Positions 1 to 8,303 of a stretch of DNA of 32,000 nt are shown here, in pieces; within the stretch, counting starts at the first letter, position 1, and each line of letters begins with the position of its first letter. The notes under the pieces are model-generated. The model worked only from the letters and a program-made list of their open reading frames with translations. It was not told where the DNA came from and searched no databases. The position numbers were made by a program, and so were the translations under genes. This DNA comes from Halomicronema hongdechloris C2206 (lineage in GTDB: Bacteria; Cyanobacteriota; Cyanobacteriia; Phormidesmidales; Phormidesmidaceae), in NCBI RefSeq assembly GCF_002075285.3, contig NZ_CP021983.2, positions 4,590,001 through 4,622,000 on the forward strand. Reading direction: 5' to 3'.

Positions 1-530
1 TATCGGTGCGCCCCAACGGCGATCGCCGTCCCTATTGCCTGAATCGTCTCGAGTTGCGGATCTGTGACTTAGTCAGTGATCCGGTTCAGCTGTTGGCGGT
101 GACGGCGTTACTGGAAGCTCGGCTGTTGCAATTGTTCCAGGATCCCAGTCTCGATCCGCTGGAGTCGAGCCAATTAGCGGCCCACACTCGGGCTGACGAG
201 CTCTTGCAGCTGACAGATGCCAATGAGATCGCCGTGGCCGATCAGAGTCTGGAGGCCCAACTGCGGCACTGGCGTGATGGTAGCCCCATCTTGGCCGCCG
301 ATTGGCTGCAGCAACTCTATGATCAGGTCTGGCCCACGGCTAAGGCCTACGGCATCAGCTGCTTTCTGGTGCCCCTGAAAAAAATTCTGCGCCAGGGCAA
401 CGAGGCCCAGCTGTGGTTACGCCAAGCCCAGACTGCTAGTGTCTCTCAGGTGGTGGTACAGGCCATTGACACCATGCGGCGTCAGGAAGAGGGCCTGAGC
501 GACGATATCTGTGAACCGAAGGTTGCCTAA
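1..530 (+). CDS. C-terminal part of a glutamate--cysteine ligase / carboxylate-amine ligase (GCS2-like) protein; the 5' end lies outside the window
   Basis: The frame is open from the window edge to TAA at 528-530. The motif RLELRICD resembles the conserved (V/L)E(V/L)R(V/I)CD strand of YbdK/GCS2-type ligases. The family call rests on that motif only. Confidence 0.5.
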   Translation, partial: SVRPNGDRRPYCLNRLELRICDLVSDPVQLLAVTALLEARLLQLFQDPSLDPLESSQLAAHTRADELLQLTDANEIAVADQSLEAQLRHWRDGSPILAADWLQQLYDQVWPTAKAYGISCFLVPLKKILRQGNEAQLWLRQAQTASVSQVVVQAIDTMRRQEEGLSDDICEPKVA

Positions 531-725
531 GGGGGGATGGGGCTGCCAATGGATGTTGAGCTTGTGGCCACGTGGCAGGCACTAGGCTTGACATCAGTGG
601 CTCGCCTGGATTAGCGGCCCCGATCGGTTGTCGGGATCACCGATATATTAAAAAATTCTATAGCTCCGTCGCTATCCTGAGCGGTCGGCTGGTAGTTAAG
701 GAGCCAGTGTGCTAAAGAAGCGTGT

Positions 726-1187
726 ATGCCTCGGGTCGTGTTAGTAAATCCGCAGATTCCGCCCAATACTGGCAATATTGCCCGAACCTGTGCCGCCATG
801 GCTCAGGAATTGCATTTAATCAAGCCCTTGGGCTTTGAATTGAGTGATCGCTACTTGAAACGAGCGGGTCTGGACTATTGGCCCCATGTCAGCCTCAAGG
901 TCCATGAGGATTGGGACAGTTTCGCCCATCACCGGGACCAGCGCGGCGGCCGCTGGATTGGCTTTAGTACTTCAGGAGAGCAGAGCTATATCACTTTTGA
1001 ATTTCACCAGGATGATTGGCTATTATTCGGGGCGGAGACGACGGGGTTATCTAGGACGGTGCTGGCTCGGTGCGATCGCACCCTACATATTCCGATGATT
1101 CAACCCCAGGTTCGCAGTCTCAATCTCTCCGTTAGTGTCACCATTGGCCTGTTTGAGGCCCTACGTCAGCTGAACCAGATCCAGTAA
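726..1187 (+). CDS. trmL: tRNA (cytidine/uridine-2'-O)-methyltransferase TrmL (SpoU/TrmH family)
   Basis: ATG at 726, 153 aa. The N-terminus VLVNPQIPPNTGNIARTCAA and the C-terminal SLNLSVSV knot-region motif are typical of TrmL. Confidence 0.9.
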   Translation: MPRVVLVNPQIPPNTGNIARTCAAMAQELHLIKPLGFELSDRYLKRAGLDYWPHVSLKVHEDWDSFAHHRDQRGGRWIGFSTSGEQSYITFEFHQDDWLLFGAETTGLSRTVLARCDRTLHIPMIQPQVRSLNLSVSVTIGLFEALRQLNQIQ

Positions 1188-1888
1188 CCGCGCACCGACT
1201 CGAGGCCAGACATCCAGCCGAGTCTCCATGATTTTGAATTGAATTGGCTCTATCACTGCAACGTTGAACAGCGACTCAATTGATAAGCAATCCTGACCGC
1301 ATCTTATCCCAGCTCAGCAACTCCTTCCTCTCCAGAGAAGACCTGCCCATAAAATTGGTTGCCGAGACTACGAAACAGGCGATTTTTCAATAAGGATTTT
1401 CTATGGAACCATCCCCGCTATCACCGGGTAGTCTATTTTCTCTTGACAGGAGATTCCCCCGGGTTAAAACCTTCGATGAAGTGCTCCTCGACCAGATGCT
1501 GATTCAATCATTTTGACGCCATAATGCCCTGAGACAACTAGCGTAAGGGTTGAAGCGCATGTCTTGACACTGTCAAAGATTAGACATTTTTATGGCGATG
1601 AAAAGTTGGACTTAAAAAATCCCTGAGTTAGTAAAGTCCACCAGAGCTTTTATCGGCTTTTATCGTTGACCTATGCATCAAGGCGAATAATTGAATTTTA
1701 TGGGCACTCATGTAAAGGTTGCCTAAGTTGCTAAGGCTAGGGTAATGTTACCTAGTCAAGGCCAATCTCCGGTGGAAAACCACCATGCTCGATGTTTCAC
1801 ACCGCATCCTTCGGCATACGTCATCGTTAGCCTCAAGGTGGGTCGGTGTTGTGGAAACAGTTGAACGCTGGTCTAAGGAGGTCGTTCC

Positions 1889-3832
1889 TTGAAACGAGCA
1901 TTTTCGCAGGAGCCTACGTCGAATCCTGATTCATCCTCGATGGATAGGACTAGGCCAGGGCTTACAGGAGGCTGTTCTAGAGTGCGCCAATCCGCTGCTG
2001 TGTTAGGTTTAGCACTCTCTGTCGGTGCCTCTGGAACGTTGATGCCCCGTTCTACGGAAGCTCTAGCGGCAACTCTGCCCGCAGAGTATTCGGCGGCAGC
2101 TCTAGGGACTAGCGCGCCAGATGCAACAGCATCGTCCCCGACGCTTTCTCAGCAGGCCGTCTATCACACCGTTGAAGCAGGCGAGAGCCTTTGGCATATC
2201 GCTCACCTACACCAGGTAGATGTCAAGGCACTGAAGCAAGCCAATAGTATGGCTCCTGACCATACGTTACAGGTAGGTCAGGTGTTGCGAGTCCCCGTAG
2301 AAGCAGCCTCCCCTGAGGCGGCAGCGGTGGAATCGCCAGTTCATTTGGCAGTTCAGTTACCCGATAGCGCTGCCAGCAGCAGCGTTAAATTGTCTGTGGG
2401 AGGTAGCGTCGAAGCGGCTCCGGTAGAATCAGCCTCGGCCCCAACCACTGCTACTATTGCCATGGCAGAGGCCGAGGCAGCCACTGCATCGTCTGACGCT
2501 TCCATGCCTGCTGGTCAGCAGACCATGGCTTCCCTGGTTAGCCGTCAGCAGTCCGCCACTAAGCCAGCAGAAGCTCCTGGGGGTGCAGCCGCTGAACCAG
2601 CGGCTGTGGATCAAGCGGGGACCCTCACGTCTGACTCGACCGTTGAGGCTCATCCTGAGGAGCGTTCAGGCTCCTCTGAGGTAGCGGCCTATCGGGTTCA
2701 GGCAGGCGATACCTTGTCTCACATTGCCTCTAAGCAAGGTGTTTCGAAAGACATGCTGGCTCGAGCCAATGGCTTGAGTGACCCAGACAAGATTGTGGTG
2801 GGAGACACCCTGCATCTGCCTGAGTCAGAGACACTGCCTGCCAGGTCAGCCGCAGCCCCTCCAGAAGCCAGTCAACCCCGCTCGGCCGAGATAGCTGCAA
2901 TCCCTGCATCCCAGCTCACCATCGACGCTGCTGTCCCTGCACCTGGTAGCACTGCCCAGCTGGGACAGAGTCATTCTCGGCAGGCACCCGGGCACCTGGT
3001 ATCTCCAGTGACAGCGGCTGTAGAAGAGGGCACCTTAGAGCAGACTACAGGGCCGGAAACCCCGAGCCAGTTACCGAGATCGGTGACGCTGTCGACAGAT
3101 TCTTCGTCGACAGATGCCTCTGTGGCCAACTTGCTGGCAGAGGTGCGATCGCTACAGCAATCAGACACTAAAGAGGTCATCGCGGCCCATCCTGGCCAAC
3201 AAGTCACGGAGCAGTCGGCAACTGAACCGTCTACAGCCGGTAGCAACCACGCCGTCATTGAAGAAAAAGACGTCGTTTCCTCTCCGTCTGAACGGCCATT
3301 AGGCGTAGCTGAACGGGAGTTACTCGCGGCGGCGCCCCTCGGTTCCGAAATCTACGCTCCCATTAACCGCTCCTCGGTGGGACGCCAGGTTTCTCCAGAT
3401 ATGCCCCTACTGCCAGGGCCAGAAGAATACCTGCCGGAGGCTCCCAATCGGTTTGACGGCTACACCTGGCCCGCTCGAGGCACATTGACCTCCGGCTATG
3501 GCTGGCGCTGGGGCCGTATGCACCGAGGCATTGATGTGGCTGGCCCCGTGGGCACTCCCATCGTGGCTGCGGCAGATGGCACAGTAGAGCGAGCTGGCTG
3601 GAACTCCGGTGGCTACGGCAATCTGGTGGATATTCGTCATCCTGACGGCAGTATGACTCGCTATGCCCACAATAGCCGCCTATTGGTGCGAACTGGGCAA
3701 CAGGTGCGGCAAGGGCAACAGATTGCTGAAATGGGGAGTACCGGCCGTAGCACCGGCCCTCACCTGCACTTTGAGATCCATCTGCCAGGGCAGGGTACGG
3801 TGAACCCAATTGCCCATCTCCCGTCCCGCTAA
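1889..3832 (+). CDS. LysM domain-containing M23 family metallopeptidase (peptidoglycan hydrolase)
   Basis: TTG start at 1889, 8 nt after AAGGAG (1875-1880). Two LysM-like segments (YHTVEAGESLWHIA..., YRVQAGDTLSHIA...) are separated by long Ala/Ser/Pro-rich linkers. C-terminal M23 motifs HRGIDVAG and GPHLHFEI are present. Confidence 0.9.
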   Translation: MKRAFSQEPTSNPDSSSMDRTRPGLTGGCSRVRQSAAVLGLALSVGASGTLMPRSTEALAATLPAEYSAAALGTSAPDATASSPTLSQQAVYHTVEAGESLWHIAHLHQVDVKALKQANSMAPDHTLQVGQVLRVPVEAASPEAAAVESPVHLAVQLPDSAASSSVKLSVGGSVEAAPVESASAPTTATIAMAEAEAATASSDASMPAGQQTMASLVSRQQSATKPAEAPGGAAAEPAAVDQAGTLTSDSTVEAHPEERSGSSEVAAYRVQAGDTLSHIASKQGVSKDMLARANGLSDPDKIVVGDTLHLPESETLPARSAAAPPEASQPRSAEIAAIPASQLTIDAAVPAPGSTAQLGQSHSRQAPGHLVSPVTAAVEEGTLEQTTGPETPSQLPRSVTLSTDSSSTDASVANLLAEVRSLQQSDTKEVIAAHPGQQVTEQSATEPSTAGSNHAVIEEKDVVSSPSERPLGVAERELLAAAPLGSEIYAPINRSSVGRQVSPDMPLLPGPEEYLPEAPNRFDGYTWPARGTLTSGYGWRWGRMHRGIDVAGPVGTPIVAAADGTVERAGWNSGGYGNLVDIRHPDGSMTRYAHNSRLLVRTGQQVRQGQQIAEMGSTGRSTGPHLHFEIHLPGQGTVNPIAHLPSR

Positions 3833-3844
3833 GGCTATTGGCGA

Positions 3845-3886
3845 CTTGAGCAAGGCACATTCATTCGGGGTCTTGCTCAAGTTTTA
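3845..3886 (+). terminator. Rho-independent terminator candidate after the M23 peptidase gene
   Basis: Perfect 10-bp stem CTTGAGCAAG (3845-3854) / CTTGCTCAAG (3872-3881) with a 17-nt loop, followed by TTTT. Confidence 0.6.
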
Positions 3887-3943
3887 GCCCCATCAACTGA
3901 ATGGGCTGTTAACGCACCGATTGATTTCGTGATATCCTTCTAG

Positions 3944-3977
3944 AGTTGTCAAAAATCGGCAGTTGTCAAAAATCGGC
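3944..3977. repeat. Perfect tandem duplication of a 17-bp unit AGTTGTCAAAAATCGGC
   Basis: Copies at 3944-3960 and 3961-3977 are identical. The repeat ends 26 nt upstream of the tRNA. Confidence 0.9.
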
Positions 3978-4003
3978 GGTGGCTTTTGCCGTTAGGCAAC
4001 TAT

Positions 4004-4075
4004 GGCTCAGTAGCTCAGCGGTAGAGCAGGGGACTCATAAGCCCTTGGTCGCGTGTTCAAATCACGCCTGAGCCA
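4004..4075 (+). tRNA. tRNA with CAU anticodon: elongator tRNA-Met or lysidine-modified tRNA-Ile2
   Basis: Hand-folded 72-nt cloverleaf. The 7-bp acceptor is GGCTCAG/CTGAGCC with G1-C72 paired, so it is not an initiator. D arm GCTC/GAGC; anticodon loop CTCATAA; variable loop TGGTC; T arm GCGTG-TTCAAAT-CACGC; discriminator A; no encoded CCA. The 31-39 position is an A/G mismatch. Confidence 0.85.
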
Positions 4076-4323
4076 TCCTACAGCATTGGTTAGCTAGCCT
4101 AAGACCCTGCCAATCCATTAACTACCCGTTGGGTTGGATCTGTAGCACTGAGATTCCAGGAGTATAGTGGGATCTTCAGAGAGTTGAGCCGCTCAATGAG
4201 TGGTACTTTAAAGCGGTTGGACCGTGATACAGTCGTAACGTTGCGCCGCGATCAGCTGGTGCCACCTTCGACAGCTGATATGTCGAGTAAGCTGCGACAG
4301 TATCTTTGTAGGAGACCGAGTTC

Positions 4324-4932
4324 ATGACGTCCCAGACTGAAGGCTGCCTCCGAGTTGGTCAAGCTGCACCTGACTTTACGGCAACCGCCGTTGTCGATCA
4401 GGAGTTCAAGACCATTAAGCTGTCTGATTATCGGGGCAAGTATGTGGTGCTGTTCTTCTATCCTCTAGATTTCACCTTTGTCTGTCCAACTGAAATCACG
4501 GCGTTTAGCGACCGATACGGTGAATTCAAGGAGCTCAACACCGAAATACTGGGAGTTTCTGTCGATAGTGAGTTTTCCCATCTTGCCTGGATTCAAACCG
4601 ACCGTAAGATGGGAGGAGTGGGTGATTTGAACTATCCCCTGGTGTCAGACATCAAAAAAGACATCAGCACTGCTTACAATGTGCTAGATCCTGATGCTGG
4701 AGTGGCTTTGCGGGGCCTCTTCCTCATCGATAAGGACGGCGTCATTCAACACGCTACCGTCAATAATCTGTCCTTTGGCCGTAACGTGGATGAAACCCTA
4801 CGGGTTTTGCAGGCCATTCAATATGTGCAAAGCCACCCGGATGAGGTCTGTCCTGCTGGTTGGCAACCCGGCGACAAGACCATGACCCCCGATCCGGTCA
4901 AGTCTAAGGAGTTTTTTGCCTCCGTGCAGTAA
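4324..4932 (+). CDS. 2-Cys peroxiredoxin (AhpC/Prx1 subfamily)
   Basis: The peroxidatic Cys motif [10 protein letters not shown] and the resolving Cys motif EVCPAGW are both present. AGGAG lies about 10 nt upstream of the ATG. Confidence 0.95.
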   Translation: MTSQTEGCLRVGQAAPDFTATAVVDQEFKTIKLSDYRGKYVVLFFYPLDFTFVCPTEITAFSDRYGEFKELNTEILGVSVDSEFSHLAWIQTDRKMGGVGDLNYPLVSDIKKDISTAYNVLDPDAGVALRGLFLIDKDGVIQHATVNNLSFGRNVDETLRVLQAIQYVQSHPDEVCPAGWQPGDKTMTPDPVKSKEFFASVQ

Positions 4933-5007
4933 ACGCCAGTTGTCCAGGCACTGTAATTCATCCATCTACCTGCCGCCGAGTTGATTGAGGAGTGAGTGTT
5001 TGAGATC

Positions 5008-5039
5008 GGCAAGGGTGTCATGGCTGTGACAGCCTTGCC
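5008..5039 (+). terminator. Hairpin downstream of the peroxiredoxin gene (weak terminator candidate)
   Basis: GGCAAGG-G-TGTCA / TGACA-G-CCTTGCC stem (12 bp with one mismatch) and a 6-nt loop. There is no T tract after it. Confidence 0.3.
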
Positions 5040-5084
5040 AAGGGATGGGGTGAAATGACCCCCGATTGTCGGACACAAGGCTAA

Positions 5085-6028
5085 GAGCAGTATCCTTGTT
5101 CCACGAAAGGGGGCACCTATGATGCGGCGGTGGCGATTAACCCGGACGACCACGAAGCGCTCTACAACAAAGGCTTGGTGCTAGCTGAATTAGGGCGCTA
5201 TGAGGAGGCGATCGCCGTCTATGACGTCGCCCTGGCAATTAACCCGGATTGTCAACTCGCGATTAACAATAAGCAGACTGCCCTCGAAGCTCTATCAAGC
5301 CAGGGGCATGAAGCTAACGCCAATGCTTTTTGGAAATCATTGGCCGTTGGTGGCAATCGCTGCGTCGCCCCTAAAATTGATCACGCCTACAGCATCGACG
5401 GTCTACTGCACCAGGCACAAGTCGCCATCAACAACGCCCTCAACCACGAGCAAATTCTCACCACCCTCAGCGACTTTGGCTACACCGCCGATCGCATCCA
5501 GCAGGGCAAGGCCCTCTACGCCGCGGCTCTCAACGCCCAAGCCACCCAGCAACGGAAGGCAGGAGCGCAACGATCCGCCACCGCCGAGCTGGAGGCCAAC
5601 CGCGCCGTGGCCAACGCCACCTACATGCGCCTGCTCAAGATCGCTCGCGTCGCCTTTAGGGGGGATGTTGGCATTGCCACCCAGCTAAGCCTGAACGGCC
5701 AGCGTAAGCGCCCCCTGGCCGGTTGGCTGGCCCAGGCCAACCAGTTCTACACCAACGCCCTGGCCAATGCCGCTGTGCTAGAGGGCTTCAGCGCCTTTGG
5801 CATCACCGCCGACAAGCTCCAGGCCGGCCTCGCCCAGGTTCAGGCCGTGGCCGCTAGCAACCTCAGCCAAGAGCGAGAAAAAGGCGAGGCCAAGCCGCCA
5901 CCCAGGCCCGCGACGCCGCTCTGGATGCCCTGCAAGGCTGGCTCAGCGACTATCTGGCCATTGCCAAAGTCGCCCTGGAAGACAATCGGCAGCTGCTAGA
6001 GGCCCTAGGCGTGTTGCAGCGAGCCTAG
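5085..6028 (+). pseudogene. TPR-repeat protein with a C-terminal internally repeated domain; 5'-truncated and frameshifted
   Basis: The frame opens right after TAA (5082-5084), in the middle of a TPR unit (…YDAAVAINPDDHEALYNKG…). The reading frame of 5130..5999 degenerates after SQEREK at an A5 run (5878-5882). A different frame then reads cleanly from 5891: QAATQARDAALDALQGWLSDYLAIAKVALEDNRQLLEALGVLQRA*, with the stop at 6026-6028. Confidence 0.6.
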
Positions 6029-6034
6029 CTCAAA

Positions 6035-6049
6035 GGGCGATCGCACCCC
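6035..6049. repeat. Left copy of the 15-bp direct repeat GGGCGATCGCACCCC (contains HIP1)
   Basis: Identical 15-mer at 6626-6640. The two copies bracket exactly the two small ORFs. Confidence 0.8.
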
Positions 6050-6125
6050 AGGGGCACCACCGACCTTCCTTAACACCTTTAACCAGAAGCCCGGTTTTCA
6101 AAAACTGGGCTTCTCTCTCTACAAA

Positions 6126-6365
6126 ATGAGCAGCAAATTTGAACTCATCGGCGGCCTGACCGATATCGAAGTGATTGCGGTCAACTTATCGATCCGGGAG
6201 TTACAGCGGCTTAAAGATGCATTTGGTGGGCGGCGATGGCGAAAGCTCAAGGGTGTGGGACTGGTTCGGTTCCCAAATGGAGAAGTGCGTCGGGCTGAAG
6301 TTCACTGGTATGAAGCCCACGGAATTGGTCGGCGTAAAATGAAAGTTAAGCGTGTCTTGGATTAG
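6126..6365 (+). CDS. Small basic hypothetical protein (79 aa), first gene of a coupled pair
   Basis: ORF with Arg/Lys-rich motifs GGRRWRKLKG and HWYEAHGIGRRKMKVKR. The next ORF starts 5 nt after its stop. I cannot assign a named family. Confidence 0.65.
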   Translation: MSSKFELIGGLTDIEVIAVNLSIRELQRLKDAFGGRRWRKLKGVGLVRFPNGEVRRAEVHWYEAHGIGRRKMKVKRVLD

Positions 6366-6370
6366 GGCCG

Positions 6371-6607
6371 ATGAACTCATCTGATGCCAATGTGCAATTT
6401 GCTATCTGTGTCTCCGGTGAAGCGGATGGAGACATCGAAGCGTGGAAGGTTTATCGAGTGCTGCCAGATGAAAATGCTGACGCCGTTGGGTGTCTGCGGA
6501 TCATTGACGAATCAGGTGAAGATTATCTGTATACGAAGGAGCAGTTCGTTTTTGTGGACTTGCCGGAAGAAGCGCGATCGCAGTTGTTAGCGGCGATTGC
6601 CCAGTAG
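6371..6607 (+). CDS. Small acidic hypothetical protein (78 aa), second gene of the coupled pair
   Basis: ORF rich in Asp/Glu with the motif RIIDESGEDYLYTKEQFVFVDLP. It is likely translationally coupled to 6126..6365. Confidence 0.65.
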   Translation: MNSSDANVQFAICVSGEADGDIEAWKVYRVLPDENADAVGCLRIIDESGEDYLYTKEQFVFVDLPEEARSQLLAAIAQ

Positions 6608-6625
6608 CTTCCCGTTTCTGTCTGG

Positions 6626-6640
6626 GGGCGATCGCACCCC
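6626..6640. repeat. Right copy of the 15-bp direct repeat GGGCGATCGCACCCC
   Basis: Identical to 6035-6049. It lies 19 nt after the stop of the second small ORF. Confidence 0.8.
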
Positions 6641-6816
6641 CACCTTTCCCGTTGTCTCCAAAGACCAACTCTACGAGTTTCTCGCCACCTGCCAACAAGA
6701 TGAAGTTGAAGCCAAGCCAGAATTTCACAATCTATTGAGATCTGCTGTATCTGAAAAGCCCTGATTCTTAGATGAGGCCCTAATATGTCAAAACAAATAC
6801 CCAGGGATGGAGAAAT

Positions 6817-7152
6817 TCATATTACCCCAACACTTAGCAGATGAGCCGCCTCGACCGGATAAAAGCCAAATCCTTTGGCTGGGCCGCGATGCCCCTTCTT
6901 TCCTTGGGCTCCTTGTGAGCGCTTAGACTCGCGGCGCTTGCTCGATGATGGCTCTTCTGGTTTCGCTTGGCGCTGACTCAAGGTATCGCTGGAGGGGGGA
7001 CGGGATGAATTTCTCGAATTTTGCTTGAGTTGCTCTTCAATGTGCGCAAGACGCTCACTCAACACCATCACCACGGCTTGCACACTGGCAGGGGTTGCAT
7101 CCCAATCGGCTTTGGGAATTTCAATTCCGGCAATGGTGATGGTTTCGCTCAT
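6817..7152 (-). mobile_element. IS66-family transposase N-terminal fragment (remnant)
   Basis: The translation contains LEEQLKQNSRNSSRPPSSD, the hallmark N-terminal motif of IS66-family transposases. A degenerate K/R-G-rich stretch follows, then a stop after 111 aa. No catalytic DDE region follows in any frame. Confidence 0.7.
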
Positions 7153-7481
7153 GGTCTACACGTTAACCGATTCAGAGTGCTCAAATTCCGATTTCTTCGT
7201 TAAGCTCTGAAACAGATACGTTATAAGCTAGGGTGAAGGACTCTGGTGGCTGGGGCTCAAGCCTGAACCGTAATTAAGATTTACGCTCTAGGTTTAAAGA
7301 CTGGCTTAGGTCAGTGCCGCTGTTAGATGCTGGTTAAAGCTTAGAGGCTAGTTGAAGGCTGCAACCAGTGGTTTGATGGCAGCTGCTGGGGGCATTAATC
7401 CAACCTCAACCTCGGCTTTCAGGTAAGTTGACTGAGGTAAAGGTGGCCGGAAACGGGTTGCTATCGCCAGAGGAGTGAATC

Positions 7482-8303
7482 ATGACTGCTGAAGAGCCAA
7501 GGCATTCAGAATCAGATGCTGCTGAGGAAGAGGCTGCAGCATCCGTTCCAGAGCCGCTAACCCTAAGGGAGGCTTCCTCTGCTAATAATAGCCAGAATAG
7601 TCAGGCTAACGGTGATCGGTCCGTTGCTGAAGCTTCGCACCGCCAACGATGGCAGCGTGGGTTAGAGTGGGCTAGTGGCGGTTGGCAGACTCTGTGTCAG
7701 TCTCTCCAAACTGGCCTGCCGCGGGGTGTTCGTCGCTGGTTGCCTATGCTGGTTCGCAGCCGCTTGTGGTTAGGGAGCTTAGTGGTGCTGGGGATACTAG
7801 TCGTGATGGTTAGCTCATTCAATACTTCCAACACGTCGTCGGAGCAAGTAGCCAAGCGCGATGCTCCCTCTACCCAGGCCAAGCCAGCCTCTACTCCGGA
7901 GAAGCCTGAAGCTATGGCAATGATGCCTGACCCTCAGCTCATTGCTGATATCCAGGCTCAAGTGGCCGATATTACGGCCACCTATGCTGAGGATCTGATT
8001 CAGTCGGTGCAGGCAGAATTTGCTAACGGGGTTCTCACAATTCATATCAGCGATGACTGGTATACCCTGATGCGATCGCAACAAACCCGCCTCAGCCAAG
8101 ATCTGCTACAGCGAGCCCAGGAGCTATCTTTTTCGAAGCTGTATCTGCGAGATCCCCAGGGGAACTTGGTGGCCCGCAGTCCAGTCATTGGATCTAATAT
8201 GGTGATTTTGCAGCGAGATTCCCCGCCGATCGATGAACCCACCGCTAGCTATTTATTTCGCATCAAAGTAGGAGACGACACTGAAATTAGCTGGCCCCAG
8301 TAG
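7482..8303 (+). CDS. Hypothetical membrane-anchored protein (acidic N-terminus, one predicted TM helix)
   Basis: ATG preceded by GAGGAG. It has one hydrophobic segment, LWLGSLVVLGILVVMVSSF. The codon usage resembles neighbouring genes. No recognised domain. Confidence 0.65.
   Translation: MTAEEPRHSESDAAEEEAAASVPEPLTLREASSANNSQNSQANGDRSVAEASHRQRWQRGLEWASGGWQTLCQSLQTGLPRGVRRWLPMLVRSRLWLGSLVVLGILVVMVSSFNTSNTSSEQVAKRDAPSTQAKPASTPEKPEAMAMMPDPQLIADIQAQVADITATYAEDLIQSVQAEFANGVLTIHISDDWYTLMRSQQTRLSQDLLQRAQELSFSKLYLRDPQGNLVARSPVIGSNMVILQRDSPPIDEPTASYLFRIKVGDDTEISWPQ

Noticed and set aside
1750-1888. Possible cyclic-di-AMP (ydaO-type) riboswitch before the cell-wall hydrolase gene
   Set aside because: I could not find the conserved pseudo-symmetric core sequences by eye. 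This needs an Infernal scan before any claim.
2429-3880. Alternative-frame and antisense ORFs overlapping the LysM/M23 peptidase gene (e.g. 2429..2653, 2971..3258, 3363..3860)
   Set aside because: Their products are Arg/Cys/Pro/Ser-rich with no motifs. The M23 gene explains the open frames.
4818-5153. 111-aa minus-strand ORF spanning the peroxiredoxin 3' end and the downstream hairpin
   Set aside because: It overlaps the well-supported prx CDS and an intergenic hairpin, and has no motif or sensible start context.
5797-6129. 110-aa ORF in a third frame at the 3' end of the TPR gene
   Set aside because: The product is Arg/Pro/Ser-rich (…RRRSGCPARLAQRLSG…). The helical, protein-like continuation of the TPR gene is in the other frame, ending at 6028.
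6591-6758. Open frame without a start codon, reading …VSKDQLYEFLATCQQDEVEAKPEFHNLLRSAVSEKP*, between the cassette and the IS66 remnant
   Set aside because: It looks protein-like but is only about 55 codons, with no start and no recognisable family. That is too short to separate from chance, so it is noted only as a possible gene fragment.
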